Of a stretch of 64,000 nt of DNA, positions 63,894-64,000 are shown in pieces; the stretch's first letter is position 1, and every line of letters starts with the position of its first letter. The notes under the pieces were generated by a model. The model saw only the letters and a list, made by a program, of their open reading frames with translations, ran no database searches and was not told the DNA's origin. A program made the translations under genes and the position numbers. The stretch lies in NCBI GenBank assembly GCA_965235115.1, contig OZ249440.1, forward strand, positions 33,916,001 through 33,980,000, written 5' to 3'. This DNA is from Laetmonice hystrix. Its lineage: Eukaryota.

Positions 63894-64000
63894 GTAGGCC
63901 TGTACTTTTCTACCATATAGCCAGGCTACGGTCTTCCTTCGTTAAAACGCCCTCCGTCGCCACCAGGGGGCAGGGGTGATCCGACGCTACTGTATTATAG

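Overview
Animal (metazoan) repeat-rich genomic DNA with spliceosomal introns and an invertebrate-type 5S rRNA; no intact host protein-coding gene is visible. (1) Bases 1-37147 are a compound, strand-asymmetric satellite. It is built from 6-bp (CAAGAC/CAAGAG/GAAGAC) and 7-bp (CAAGAGG/CAAGAGC) microrepeats, a 67-83-bp GTTTAAAC-core satellite and a ~480-bp hairpin-bearing module, amplified as multi-kb units including a near-identical ~8.95-kb tandem duplication. The long ORFs called there are artefacts of the repeats. (2) An LTR-like sequence carrying a piggyBac-like MITE joins the satellite to four tandem 5S rDNA units on the minus strand. These abut a 5'-truncated, intron-containing, frameshifted tyrosine-recombinase (Crypton-like) gene. 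(3) Bases ~46.7-63.9 kb are a nested transposon stack. A P-element/THAP9-like transposase gene is split by a 7.5-kb Academ element (which contains a tRNA-derived SINE) and by an 8.8-kb CMC/EnSpm-like element (which contains a full-length Gypsy LTR retrotransposon with near-identical LTRs). All family calls rest on motifs and termini read by eye; no database searches were run.
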